Source: Octopus sinensis (lineage: Eukaryota). Taken from it: a stretch of DNA of 64,000 nt. This document shows, one piece after another, positions 32,405 to 46,059 of this stretch; the first letter of the stretch is position 1; each line of letters opens with the position of its first letter. The position numbers and the translations under genes were made by a program. A model generated the notes under the pieces. It did no database searches, was not told the origin of the DNA, and saw only the letters and a list, made by a program, of their open reading frames with translations. The stretch is from the NCBI RefSeq assembly GCF_006345805.1, contig NC_043004.1, positions 59,458,001 to 59,522,000 of the forward strand. The letters are read 5' to 3'.

Positions 32405-32445
<41 letters not shown>

Positions 32446-32903
32446 TATACACACACATATAAATGGATGGATGGATAGATATATTGACAGATAGATAGAC
32501 AGACACACACACACACGTATGGATATATAGATAAATATATATATTATATGTGCGTGTGTGTGTGTGCATGTACTTGCATATTTCGACTAGTGCATTTTCA
32601 TATAAGGTGAGTAAGAATTTGATTTATGTACTAAAAGGTTGCAGCACATGTCTGCATGAATCCAGCGCAAGTGGTATAAAAGGACGCATATGAATGGAAA
32701 AACTAACGGAATCCATAGTTTCCCAGGAAGGTGAAAGTGGGGGTTATGGTGTTATTAAGCAACCGATTTTGCGACACCCTGAGAGGAATGTTTCAAAGAT
32801 GCGGATGTAGTTGATGAACAAATTATTTAAGCCAGCATTGTTTTTAGATGCTGTTCCTGTATCTGGCAGAATTGGTTCACCGGAGCCGGTGAGCCTGGTA
32901 TCT

Positions 32904-33346
32904 CTCTCTTTTACTCTTTTACTCTTTTACTCTTTTACTCTTTTACTTGTTTCAGTCATTTGACTGCGGCTATACTGGAGCACCGCCTTTTTTTAGTTGA
33001 GCAAATCGACCCCGGGACTTATTCTTTGTAAGCCCAGTACTTATTCTATCGGTCTCTTTTACCGAACCGCTAAGTGACGGGGACGTAAACACACCAGCAT
33101 CGGTCGTCAAGCAATGCTAGGGGGACAAACACAGACACACAAACACACACACACATACATATATATATACATATACATATATACGACATGCTTCTTTCAG
33201 TTTCCGTCTACCAAATCCACTCACAAGGCATTGGTCGGCCCGGGGCTATAGCAGAAGACACTTGCCCAAGATGCCACGCAGTGGGACTGAACCCGGAACC
33301 ATGTGGTTGGTTAGCAAGCTACTTACCACACAGCCACTCCTGCGCC
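32904..33346 (-). mobile_element. SINE family A, full length, with TSD
   Basis: Head GGCGCAGGAGTGGCTGTGTGG; tail (AAAAGAGT)n; TSD TGGTATCT at 32896-32903 and 33347-33354. Confidence 0.95.
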
Positions 33347-33719
33347 TGGTATCTGTAATATTCTATTTAAACTGCTGCCGGCCAACACATGCAGAAAAAT
33401 CTTGATCAGGCAGAAGATACAAATGTTTTGAAGAAAAATTACAGAGCATAATGTCTAGTGTGGGATCCAAGATGTTTGTTAAACGTAACAATTCTGTCAG
33501 GAGGTGAAGAGAAGTGAATAGATATGAGACCAGCTAGCTCTCAGGAACAGACTCCATTAAGGTAGCGACAGAGTCACGTAGAGTGACTATGGTTCAGAGG
33601 CTGGAGAATGGAAACAAATGTGTAATAAATCTTTTACTAGTAAATAAAGAAAAAATGTAACTTGGATTTACAGTTTGTGGCAGAACATGTATAACATGAG
33701 TATAATCACCATGATGAGG

Positions 33720-34150
33720 CATAAGAAGCTGTGTCATAAAAGAACTAATTCTAGTAAGTGGAAATTCCATACGAGGTGAGCGGACAGTAGGGGAAATCTT
33801 CAGACGGAGGACTCCTGTCAAACAAGTATGTCGGCCTGTTAGCTCCAGGGACTCTAAAAGGGCCGTGCCCAACGTGGTCAACAGATATAATCTAAATGCC
33901 TAGAGGTGTCTATCAAAATCATAACATAACTTATAAACGGACCGTTTAAAGGCTTCCACGTCGGTTAGTAATTGCGTGGAAAGCAATGTATATTCAATTA
34001 GAAATAGTGAAACCAGTTTCAAATGATATCTAAGTGATACTGAAGACGGCATAACACGACAAAGAAATAATGACATATGTACCGATAGGCTGGAGTGAAA
34101 GAAAGAAGAAACAGACACACGGGCATAGGATGAGAGGAACAACAAGTAAA
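33720..34150 (-). mobile_element. Decayed CR1/L2-group LINE 3' fragment
   Basis: Remnants LSYARVSVSSFF and LSTQLLTDVEAFKRSVYKL resemble the C-terminal S(H/Y)RR..VSSL and DLQxFKxxV motifs. Confidence 0.35.
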
Positions 34151-35309
34151 ACAACGAAAAGATACATCTGAAAAGAAAAGAGTAAAACCATCTGGTTTCA
34201 TGTCCAGTTTGGTGCAATTTTATTGCATGGACATTGCCAGCAAGATATAAATACCATATTATATTTATTTCCTCCTAAATAACTTGTAACACTCACAACA
34301 TATCCACGTTAATAAAGGTTTAGATTCTTTGTAACGCAACTTAAAAATAAAGAAGTTATTGGAAAAAAATCAAGCATCACCTCTTTATTAAGACATTGAT
34401 GCGACGCTTACGAATGGCAGTTTTAAAACATATATTCATCTTTCCGTAATTCCATCCGCATTTTCCAAATATCTGATTTCCTTTTCCATTCCGTTTTGTT
34501 TTAAATCCCCAATTTTATACTGTGTTTATGTGTGTACATTCTCGGACCACCACCGCCAAACCAAACTGGCTGAACGAGTTTTTAAACATGGACATGCACG
34601 TATGGACATGTAATGGTAAACATTTATACTTTGGGTATAAATATATAGACAAGTAATTTTTGTCGCAACTTCAATATGGAGTTCCATACGAACTAATGTT
34701 ATTATCATTTTTAACCCCAAGAGTAAACCTCCTTTAGCTGGTTATCGATGCAAGCGGGGGAGCGAACACTTTCCAACTTCTGGCGACTTGGCAGAACAAG
34801 CAGACTGTCCGATTTCGGGCAATTTTTGGCCACTCTCAATGCTGGACACAGCCATTTTGATGTGGTAACAAATATTACTTCTGTGTATAATTACTATTGA
34901 ATATCTTCTAAGTAACTGCTTTGCTTATTTCAAAATCAGTTAGTGATTGTCACTTATTTTCCTATATATTTCGAGCTACTTCTATCTCCGACAACTGTTA
35001 TCTCTTGCCACTGTTATCTCTATCTACTGATATCCCTACATATGTACAGAGAAAGATAGATAAATAAAAAATAAGATAAACAGAACGATAGAGAGGCATA
35101 CTGATAGACACACAGACAGATAGATAAGGAGAGAGAATGGGGATAGAGAGAGACACATAAAGAGACAGACGGAGAGAATGTAATGATGTTTCGATACACA
35201 TTGTTGTAATAACGTGAACCTCATTGTGTCACAACCAAATAAAAAGTCAACGTCAGTGGTTAGTTTGATGTTACAGTAATATATGTACAGGAAGCGCCAA
35301 CCAGTAGTT

Positions 35310-35756
35310 AAGTGACATATCTTAATCGATGGTAGATCTATATTTACCACATTGTTGTTTCTGGTTTGAATTCACCAAACAAGAACTTTCGACATGCAGA
35401 AATGCATGATCTTAGTCCTTGTTTGCTGGAGACCAAAAAAATAATCGTAATTTTTGCCAACATATCTCTGCGACATACATATATTCCCATATTCTGTCGT
35501 TCTTTATTGCAATATATGTATAGCGAAAGCGATGGCAGCAATCCCTTGTGTTGCAAGAAAGAAAAACTTCGGTAATTAATATTGGCATATATTCACCGTT
35601 TGTCAAAATGTGACTTTGCCGTGTCATCATCGCTGTTGTCACTGCGGTGAATGTTTCTGCAGTATTTGCTTATGGCATTGAAATTTACGTTTGGGTACAA
35701 TTAATGATCGCCACTACCTATGACTGCATCATTTGTATGGTCATGCCATTCTACTC

Positions 35757-35760
<4 letters not shown>
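35310..35760 (+). pseudogene. Possible decayed class A GPCR remnant (TM3-TM7 region)
   Basis: Across frameshifts: MVDLYLPHCCF..LSTCRNA, CMILVLVCW, IFPYSVVLYCNICIAKAM, LCRVIIAVVTAVNVSAVFAY; order and hydrophobicity fit TM3-TM6; several stops. Confidence 0.3.
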
Positions 35761-35794
<34 letters not shown>

Positions 35795-35842
35795 TATATA
35801 TATATATATATATACGCGCGCACGCCGCACACACATATATGT

Positions 35843-36660
35843 ATTAGGTTGTCAAGAAAGTTCTTACGGTTTTCATCCTTTAAATTCAGATGCACAATAT
35901 CTCGGCTCAAAAAAAACTTTATTTATCGAAATAAACACCATCAGAATCAATATACCTTTGCCAACGCGAAACAAGTTTATTTATGCAAGTAGCGTAAAAA
36001 TCCTGCGTTCTGGTGGCGATGAAGTCGTTGAAGGCGTGTTTGCCATCGTCTTGGTTTTTGAAGCATTTCTCACGCAGGAAGATGCTTAAAAAAGGGATAG
36101 TCGCTAGGCGAAAGGACTGGTGAGTATGATGGATGAGGCAGAGATACGTAGCCAGATTCGTTCATCCTCTGCAGGGTCAATTGTGCGACGTGCGGCCGAG
36201 CGTTGTCGTGAAGAAGAATTGGTCCTTTTCTATTGACCAATTGTGGCTGTTGTCGGAGTTTCTTATGCATTTCATCCATTTGCTGACAGTACTTCTCCGC
36301 CGTAATGGTTTCGACTGGATCAAAAAAGCTGTGATAGATGAGACCGGCCGCAGACCACCAAACAGTCACTATGACCCTCTTTTGATGCAACTTTGGCTTC
36401 GGGAAGTTCCGTTGAGCGTCGCCGATTGTCGTAAAGAATCATTACAAATCACAACGCGGTCGATAAACGGGTCGTTCTTGTTGCGTAAAAGAAGGGAAGA
36501 CGACACTTCAAAATGACGTTGTTTTTGTTTGTTGTTCAGTTCGTGCGGCACCCATTTCTCAAGTAGTTTTGTTTTTCCAATCTCTTTCAAGTGTTTGGAA
36601 ATTGTCGTATAATATTTACAGAATACAAACGACGAAGGCAGGTGAGGAAACAACAAGCAA
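35843..36660 (-). mobile_element. Mariner (DD34D) transposon remnant
   Basis: WVPHEL, HQKRVIVTVWWS, ILLHDNARPH, HPSYSPVLSPSDYPFFKHL; terminal TA-TTAGGTTG at ~35842. Confidence 0.93.
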
Positions 36661-36802
36661 GTGTGTTAGTTTAACGATCTGGAAGAATGGAAAAGTGTTT
36701 TACGTTTCGAGCATACGTTCTTCGACAGTAAGGAATAAGAGGCGAAAAATTGAGAGCTAACATGAAAAAAAAAAAACGGTAACAAACGGAGAGACGAAAA
36801 TA

Positions 36803-36970
36803 GGCGCAGACGTGACTCTGTGGTAAGAGGTTTGGTTCCAACCACATGCTTCCAGGTTAAGTTCCACTGTATGGCATCTTGGAGAAGTGTCTTCTACTAT
36901 GGCTACGGGTAGACTAAAGACTTGTGAGTGAATTTGGTGGACGCAAACTGAAACAAGAATATTACGTATA
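36803..36970 (+). mobile_element. SINE family A, 5' half, diverged
   Basis: GGCGCAG..TGTGGTAAG..CTTGTGAGTGAATTTGGTGGACGCAAACTGAAAC. Confidence 0.8.
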
Positions 36971-37055
36971 TACATACAAACATATATACATATATATGTT
37001 CACACACATATGAGTATATATATATGTATATATATATATATATAATATATATATA

Positions 37056-37112
<57 letters not shown>

Positions 37113-37114
<2 letters not shown>

Positions 37115-37300
37115 AATCGCAATGCCGGACCGCTGAAATCTACATATGTTTTACATGCTCCCTGTTCCTTTTCTCTTATCCCCTTCTGTTAAAGAGCGTA
37201 GGCTCGAAACGTAAGATACCTGTTTTTTTTCTTGAGCGTCAAACTAAGACGCTTGTTGTTGATACATCTATCTTCGTCTGTTGTTTTTCTATAAATGTAC
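37113..37300 (+). mobile_element. ~190-bp repeat with minimal HHR-like motif (CTGTTAAA-GAGCGTAGGCTC-GAAACGTA)
   Basis: Homologous to 38062-38252 and 55900-56067. Confidence 0.7.
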
Positions 37301-38061
37301 ATATCTATATATATATATGTACATACATACGTGTGTGGGTGCGTGTATGTGTGTTTATCTTTGTATCTGTGCCCTCCCCCCACCGTAGGGGTTCGGCAAA
37401 GCGACCAGTTGTATATGATCTGTAAAAAAGATATATGTACATTCATATATACACACACACATACATACATACATACATACATACATACATACATACATAC
37501 ATACATACATACATGCGTACATACATTTATACACACACACAGGTGAACACATAAGTGGAGAACAAGGTGGAAACATACAGTACTCGAATACAAAAGGAAG
37601 CGGAATATGCTTTTTATGTGAACACTCGACTCCCGTTTCCGCTTCAATATTAATCAATTATAATCAAATAACTAATTTAGTATTTTCTGGATTTTACTCG
37701 ATACTAAGCAAGATTTTATTTGTATCGTACCAGAATATTTATATTTATGCATAAATTACTGTTAACGTCCAATACCCTCACAAACACACAATTGGTGACC
37801 GTTATGTTTTGAAAACGAACCGCCAAATCAAATTCAAATTTATTTAAATTATACTACATGTATCAAAGTAATTTTAATTCAGTTTTCAAAAGCAAGTGTG
37901 TGACGAAAGAGAACAGGAAACTTTGAGGAATAGACCTGTGATAATTTTCCAGCTTCAGTATACATATAATATACACACACATGTATATATACATATATGC
38001 ATGTATAAGTATACGTATACATATATATTCTAATATATATACATAAATACATACATACATA

Positions 38062-38354
<293 letters not shown>

Positions 38355-38914
38355 GTATATGAAATTCTATTATGGGTTATCTTAGCCTCATGAAGAGCTA
38401 TCGTCATAGAAAGAAATATCTAATATTTTCAGGTGTAGCTGATTTCCTTAAAATAATTGATATGTATATAGAAAACTGTAGTTTATAATCATGTAAAGGA
38501 AGAAGAAAAAGGAGACTTTATTATTAACAACAAATCGAACATCATCCCTTACAGCTGTTTCAATCACACAATGTGTCTTAATTAATTCAGAACTTCAAAA
38601 TCCGGAAGAAATTCCAATAACCATTTCTTCGATGAGTTAATATTATATAATCTCGCATTGATACTAACCAAAATAATCTTCCGCTCTTCTTCTTCTTCTC
38701 TTCTCTTCTTCTTTTCTTCTTCTTCTTCTTCTTTTCTTCTTTTCTTCTTTATTCTTCTTCTTCTTATTCTTCTTCTTCTTCTTCTTCTTCTTCTTCTTTC
38801 TTCTTCTCTTCTTCTTCTCCTCCTCCTCCTATTCTTCTTCTCTTCTTCCTTCTGTCTTCTCCTCCTCCTCCCATCATTCTTCTACTCCCTTTGCTCCTTC
38901 TACGTCTACTCCTT

Positions 38915-39087
38915 AAGCGGTATTTACCCCGTCGCTTACGTTCTGCGTTTCAAATTCCGTCGAGGTCGACTTTGCCTCATCCTTTTGGTGTGGAGGTCGA
39001 TAAATTAAGTGTCAGTGAAACACTAGTTTCACTTTATCGACTTATCCCCTCCCTTAAAATGGCTGCCCTTGCGGAAAAATTTGAAAC

Positions 39088-39088
<1 letters not shown>
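38915..39088 (+). mobile_element. SINE family B, diverged
   Basis: CAAATTCCGTCGAGGTCGACTTTGCCTCATCCTTT..GTCGATAAATTAAGT. Confidence 0.75.
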
Positions 39089-39121
<33 letters not shown>

Positions 39122-39312
39122 GTACTGAGAAAACCAAATAGTAAGCGCCTGAATATTGCTATGAAAGCATACATGGTAGAACATAAACGCTATTGCAAAT
39201 CTCGGTATTATCCACAAATAAAACAACTGCGCACTTGAAATATCTTTCTTAAGGGTTAACTTAATATCAACACTATTTTAAAATCAATAAAATCACACAC
39301 AATCAACAAAAG

Positions 39313-39398
39313 CCTATACAAATACTTGATACACCTACAGCATACTGAACCGAGTAATGTTTTGCCAAGAAAGCTGACAGTAAAACTAACCGGAACGA

Positions 39399-39468
<70 letters not shown>

Positions 39469-40418
39469 TAATAAGAAGAGAAGAAGAAGAAGAAGAAGAA
39501 GAAGAAGAAGAAAAAGAAAAAGAAGAAGAAGAAGAAGAAAAAGGAGAAGAGAGTAGCAGTAGCTACACCAGCAACAAGTATAATAACACCAACAGCAGAA
39601 ACAGCAACAACGAATATAATTGCGTGAATGATATCATTAACTAAAAGAAAGATAAGTAAAATGTTTAAATGTCAAATTTGCTAATTTACTTTTGGTATAA
39701 AAGTTTCTAGATTTGATTTTCACCAATGAGAAATCAGATTATTCTAAGAAATCCTCGCGGATATAAAATCTTCTTGAGAGAAAGAATAATACAACATAAA
39801 AAAAACGAAGAAAACAAAAGAAAAGAAAGAAGAAAGAAAGAAGGAAAGAAAGAAAGAAGGAAAGAAAGAAAGAAAAATATATTGTATTTTAATTACGAAG
39901 CGAAAACTACATTTTGAATGGAACGAAACAAACAACATTGGATGTAGTGAATTTGTTTGTGAAAAATATGTGCGTGTATTTATGCTCTCTGTCTTGACCG
40001 ACCACCTACTTTGTAGCAAAGTAGTGGAGGGAAGTATCTTGTTTTAACCATCCTTCGAAATTGAAGAAGAACATGCAGATTTATGCAGTCCCACATATGG
40101 TGATCATTTGTAGAATATATATATATATATATATATAGGGGGGGGGGTATGTAAAATTTCCCCTTATATTTCCACGGGAATTTTTATATTTTTTTTTGTA
40201 ACATATTTCTNNNNNNNNNNNNNNNNNNNNNNNNNNNNNNNNNNNNNNNNNNNNNNNNNNNNNNNNNNNNNNNNNNNNNNNNNNNNNNNNNNNNNNNNNN
40301 NNNNNNNNNNCCTATACAATACTTGATACACCTACAGCATACTGAACCGAGTAATGTTTGGCCAAGAAAGCTGACAGTAAAACTAACCGGAACGAAATAA
40401 TAATAATATATAATAATA

Positions 40419-40458
<40 letters not shown>

Positions 40459-41233
40459 TAATAATAAGAAGAAGAGAAGAAGAAGAAGAAGAAGAAGAGA
40501 AGAAGAAAAGAAAAAGAAGAAGAAGAAGAGAGAAAAGGAGAAGAGAGTAGCAGTAGCAGTAGCTCCCCAGCAACAAGTATTATAATAACACCAAAGCAGA
40601 AACAAGCAACAAACGAATATAATTGCGTGAATGATATCATAATAAAGAAAGATAAGTAAAATGTTTAAATGTCAAATTTGCTATTTACTTTTGGTAGTAA
40701 AAGTTTCTAGATTTGATATTTTCAACAATGAGAAATCAGATGATTCTAAGAAATCCTCGCGGATATAAAATCTTCTTGAGAGAAAGAATAATACAACATA
40801 AAAAAAACGAAGAAAACAAAAGAAAAGAAAAAAGAAAGAAAGAAGAATGGAAAGGACAAGAAGGAAAGAAAGAAAGAAGGAAAGAAAGAAAGAAAAAATA
40901 TTGTATTTTAATTACGAAGCGAAAACTGACATTTGAATGGAACGAAACAAACAACATTGGATGTAGTGAATTTGTTTGTGAAAAATATGTGCGTGTATTT
41001 ATGCTCTCTGTCTCTTGACCGACCACCTACTTTGTAGCAAAGTAGTGGAGGGAAGTATATCTGTTTTTAACCATCCTCGAAATTGAAGAAGAACATGCAG
41101 ATTTATGCAGTCCCACATATGGTGATCCATTGTAGAATATATATATATATAATATATAGGGGGGGGGGGGTATGTAAAATTTCCCCTTATATTTCCACGG
41201 GAATTTTATATTTTCTTTTTGTAACATATTTCT
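39313..41233. other. 100-N scaffold gap (40211-40310) flanked by a ~0.9-kb duplicated sequence
   Basis: 39313-40210 matches 40311-41233; the first copy ends and the second begins exactly at the gap; differences are mostly indels. Confidence 0.95.
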
Positions 41234-41244
41234 ACTATATTATA

Positions 41245-41283
<39 letters not shown>

Positions 41284-41639
41284 GGATTGCAATCTCTCGC
41301 CAAGATCCCAAGTTCAGATATACTTTGCTCCAAAATAATAATAGGTATGAAATGAAAGTGTATCTTTAGTACTAGATTTGCAAACTACTCATCTCAATGG
41401 TCCATAAATTTCCTCTTTCACTTGAAATTTTCTAACAACAATATTTGTGTCTAGATGGCAGCAGTCTTCCGCTACAGAACATAACTTTCCTACACAACTC
41501 TATTTGTCCGGTTGTATTTTAATTTGGTGACTGTTTTAATTTCTAAGTTCCATTAATATCTTTTTGAGGAGTCGGTCTCAACATCATCAACTTGGTTTGT
41601 ACGTGTGTTCGCTTTTTTTCTTTAACCTGTCTTAGAGTA

Positions 41640-42270
41640 TTCCGGCTACTGTGTTTTACCTCATGGGACGACAGTATTTGGAAGCCACTCTTTCACAGTT
41701 TGCAATAATGTGGTTGATGTCTCTAGTAGTAGTCTTGCAAAGTCTATAGCTGTTGTCTGTCAACGATATCTGCTTTTTTGCTGTAGGACTAATTTATGAA
41801 GCATTAGTTCTTGGATTGCATGGATGAAGCTTTCAAAGTGGTATGTCATAAACTTGTCGGTACTTCATGCCAAGCTTTTGACTTGATCAATCCCTGCTAT
41901 GGTTTGGGTTTTAAGTTCATGTACCCATGGAGCATGTTCCCATGAGACTATGTTCTACGGACATTTTTTCTGTTCTGGTAAATAGAGTTTCACAATCCTC
42001 CTTGGGAAGAGACCTGTATCAGCTCTTATTTCATCCCTCTCCTCAATTTTATTAGCTATCGTAATTATATTGTTGGTTTCGCGGTCACACACATGGGCAA
42101 GATAGTTTCTGATCTCTTTCATTTGCTGCAGATGTTGTTTCTGTGTCACAACCTGTGCTTCACATGATATCAATCCGCATATGAGACCATGGCCACCAAA
42201 CTTCCGTGAGAAATATAGCCTGTCTACAATTCGTTTCATGCTGAAGTTCCCTGTAACACAGAGCTGTTTA
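41640..42270 (-). mobile_element. Decayed R4-like LINE fragment (different family)
   Basis: VDRLYFSRKFGGHGLI; downstream remnant LCKTTTRDINHIIANC (CCHC region). Confidence 0.65.
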
Positions 42271-42305
42271 TCTAACATCTATCTATCTATCTATCTATCT
42301 ATCTA

Positions 42306-42379
<74 letters not shown>

Positions 42380-42384
42380 ACAGC

Positions 42385-42540
42385 CAGTATTGTTATATCT
42401 ATGTGCCTGTAACATGGCATTTCGACAAAAGCGATCGATACAATAAAAAACAAGGTTATCAAAATAAGTACTGGGGACAATTGATTCGGATAGAAATTCT
42501 TCAAGGTGACTGCAATCTAATAACAGGAACAAGTAGACAG
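42385..42540 (+). mobile_element. SINE family A-related 3' fragment, old
   Basis: TTCGACAAAAGCGATCGATACAATAA..AATAAGTACTGGGG. Confidence 0.55.
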
Positions 42541-42603
42541 CAAAACACACACGCACACATGCACACAGACACACAGACACAGACACACACAACACACACA
42601 CAC

Positions 42604-42677
<74 letters not shown>

Positions 42678-43879
42678 TATGTATGTGTATCTATGTATAT
42701 CTATATTTGTATTTATATGTATGTATGTATGTATGCATGTTATCTATATATATATATATAATGCACCAATACACAAAGTCTAAGACACATATTAAAGTGA
42801 AGGGTAGTGATTAATGGGGACAGAAAGGGAATGAAATAAATGTATGTGGTAATCAATGAAAATTATTAATATAAAATTATTAATATATAATAAATACATA
42901 TCACATATGCCACTGTGTGTATGATTACAAAAGTGTATGTGTGCGTGTGTGTGTGCGCACCTATGTGAGAGAGAGTCAGTGTAGAGACTGTGAGAGTGAA
43001 AAAGAAAAGAGATTTGGAGGAAGAGTGAGAGGGAATGATGGAAATATACAACAGAAGGTAAATAGAAGTATGACATTATTTGATCAATGAAAATTCGAGC
43101 AAGATCTAGTTGGCATAGCAGTAAACTCTAAAACAAAATTGAATATAAAACAGAACTTAACAACTAAAAAAGAAAAGGCTGTAAAAACATGTTGGTAGTA
43201 GAAAGAAATAAAAGTAGGAATGAAGAAAGGCCAAAAAATAAATTGAAAACACGCGAGATAAAATTTAGGTAAACGTTATAGGAATTAGTGTTTAGAAAGA
43301 GAAAACAACTGTAACTTTAGAAGCATTAAATTTTCCGATTTTCTTGCGAAATAAGTACTTGATAAAATGTCTGACATAAAGCGTTTCCATGTTTCTCTGT
43401 GGCATTTACAACAATTTTCTTAGAAATCAATGAAGAACTACGCAAGTTTTAAACAATTTGTTTTCAAATTGGCTTTTACAAGTCAAGTTACATTAACAAG
43501 GCGTCTGAGTGGAAGAATTTTTGATGTAACTTGTCCATGATTTGATTTGTTAAATTAGTAAGCATAGGTAATATCTAAGGTCTATATACATACATACCAC
43601 TTAACTAAAATTACCCGAGGCAACGCTGGGAAAAGCAAACGCACTTTATTTGTTTATTTTTTCACTTCAACTCTTGTAAGCATGAAAGTGTAAAACCACA
43701 TGTTGATATTTATGTGGGAACCACATTAATTTAACTATGTGATTTAGTGTTTGATAACACTAAGTACTCGAATAACTACTCGATGTATCTAACATACTAA
43801 AGTTATTTGCATTTAAAGAAATTCTTGTAACCTGATTTGATAAAACTAATAATATATTTAGTTCTGCGTTCAGTGCATA

Positions 43880-44430
43880 TCCCATAACTCCCATCGATAT
43901 ATTCTGATGAGTTTGTTGACTGCAGGATCTGCCATGGGTATTTGAATCCAGGATACTTGTTTCTCAGCTTCACCATGGGCATGGATACATTGAAACTCCA
44001 ACGTCTGGCAGCTGACTTGGCAGACACCTATAAAATTATTAACCATCATACAAACAATAACTCTGGGCACCTTTTCAAACTCGACGTATCTAAAACCCGT
44101 GGACATGTTAACAAAGTCAGAAAACAGCACAGCTCCCATGACTTTCGGAAACATGTTTTCACGCTAAGAGTTGCTGAAGTATGGAACAAACTGCCGGCAT
44201 CAGTTGTTAGTTGTCGGAGCACTGCTTCCTTCAAAACTTCCATCTTCCGAGATTCGGCGAACACTACACCTGATTTTCTCCCTCCATACACACGCAAGCA
44301 TGTATCTGACTCATGTACACTGTTCACTTTCCAGACATTTGTACATTACTGCATATGCTTTATACGCACTTTTGACAAGTTGTGGTGCAACTGAACACTG
44401 TATACAATAATTTCATTATCATTATTATAT
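43880..44430 (+). mobile_element. CR1-type LINE 3' end
   Basis: MDTLKLQRLAADLADTYKII..TRGH..FTLRVAEVWNKLPASVV..FK, then a 3' UTR ending in (CATTAT/ATT)n. Confidence 0.88.
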
Positions 44431-44939
44431 TATAACAGTTTTACGTAATGTTTTAATTTCATTTCATCAATGTTAATAATAGAATTTATTTTAGTGGTAG
44501 ACTTCAACTGTCAGCCGGTTGAACATCACCAAATTTTCTTTTAGCCCAGTCCATTCTGTTCTAAATATTAGAATTACGTCACGAGTTAAATAACTTATTA
44601 TAAGTAAGTAATGCATTGCATCGAGAGTGAAATTGCTGAATAAGTAATCACTAACGTTGAAAAAATATTTGATGAAAAGTGAGGTAAAAATTGCTGTCCT
44701 ACTAAACAATAAAATGCAACTATAAGTAATATTTGAGAAAGGTGATTAATGTTCAAATGAACAAACATTAGTAATTACAAGCGAACTATTTGCAATTACT
44801 GGACAAACCTTACATAAATGGCTGCATCCGTATTTAATGAATAAATGATCATTGAAAAAGAAAATCGGCCTTGGATATACGATTAAAAAGTTCGCTTCTT
44901 AGACATATGATTCGGTTTTGTCTGAGTAAGAAAATCTTT

Positions 44940-45075
44940 TGGCGTAGTGGGGCTACTAAACCCCAAATTCCGAGTTCGATTCCAAGCAGTGACCTGAACA
45001 ATAACAATAATAATGATAATGATAATAATGATAATAATAATAAATAAATTATTAATAATAATAATAATAATAACA

Positions 45076-45154
<79 letters not shown>

Positions 45155-45915
45155 TGCAGTACCAGGCAGTGGCTCTCATGGCTTCTGATCTTAACTGATT
45201 GGAAGTGCTATCATGTACATTATTTTGTCTTGGTATAAAAGATGGGCTACAGCAAATATTCTGCTCAGTACCACAGATTTGCTTGTCAGCTGTTTGACCA
45301 TAACCAGTTGAGCATTTCCCTTAGTGGCTGACGATATGTGCATCTCTGATCACGAGCAGAAGTAGTGGGGGAGCATCATAGCCATGTGTTGAGAGGGATT
45401 CTTTGGGGTTTGAATAATTCACCTCTGGAAACACGGGTGGTTTTTCAAACATCCTTAAACAACCCTATTCAGGGACCGTTTGAGCAGGATGGGCTACTCA
45501 ACCTGAAGAAAATTCTAACTGGGCTCCACCTGCAAGGTCATGTGCTGTTTATCTTGATATAAGATCACCATGTCGCGCACATATGGTTGTGATGCATGTG
45601 CCTGGTGTACCCTTATCAGACGGGTATTCATGATGGATATATTGGGCTTCGTATATTTTACCCCAGTGTCACTTTGATGGCATGAACTGCTCTCTCACTC
45701 AATAATAATAATAACAACAACAACAACAGCATCGAAAAATATCTTAGGAACGAGAAACCTGATTCGAAATTTCTCCAAGACAACTGAAGAAGGCTGGAGG
45801 GTATATCAGTCGAAATTTTGTGTTAACAACAAACAAGATGAGGACAGATACCAAATATAAATAATGTAAACAATGTAAATAATGTACATAATTCCTCATC
45901 TCTTAAATATAGAAC
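44940..45915 (+). mobile_element. Composite SINE: tRNA-like head + (AAT)n + hammerhead-bearing tail; hosts a nested insertion at 45154-45700
   Basis: Box A TGGCGTAGTGG, box B GAGTTCGATTCC; HHR motif at 45779-45824; TSD TAAGAAAATCTTT at 44927-44939 and 45916-45928. Confidence 0.85.
45154..45700 (+). mobile_element. ~550-bp non-coding element inserted in (AAT)n
   Basis: High similarity to 47144-47698 (-) and 57848-58399 (+); (AAT)n on both sides. Confidence 0.92.
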
Positions 45916-46059
45916 TAAGAAAATCTTTAATGAACTGTCTTCAATCGTAGCTACATCTTGACCAATGACTATAAGTGGGATTATGTAGAAGGTCATTGTA
46001 CAAAAGTAAGTTTCAGAGATATATGTGTCTGTTGGCTGTGCGTATCACTGTGCATGCAT

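Noticed and set aside
32690-33600. Possible LINE RT remnant on - strand flanking the SINE (YIRIFETFLSGCRK)
   Set aside because: Only vague motif resemblance; needs a profile search.
39313-41233. 0.9-kb direct repeat that could be read as LTRs or a segmental duplication
   Set aside because: The copies abut a 100-N gap exactly and differ mainly by indels: unmerged overlapping contig ends.
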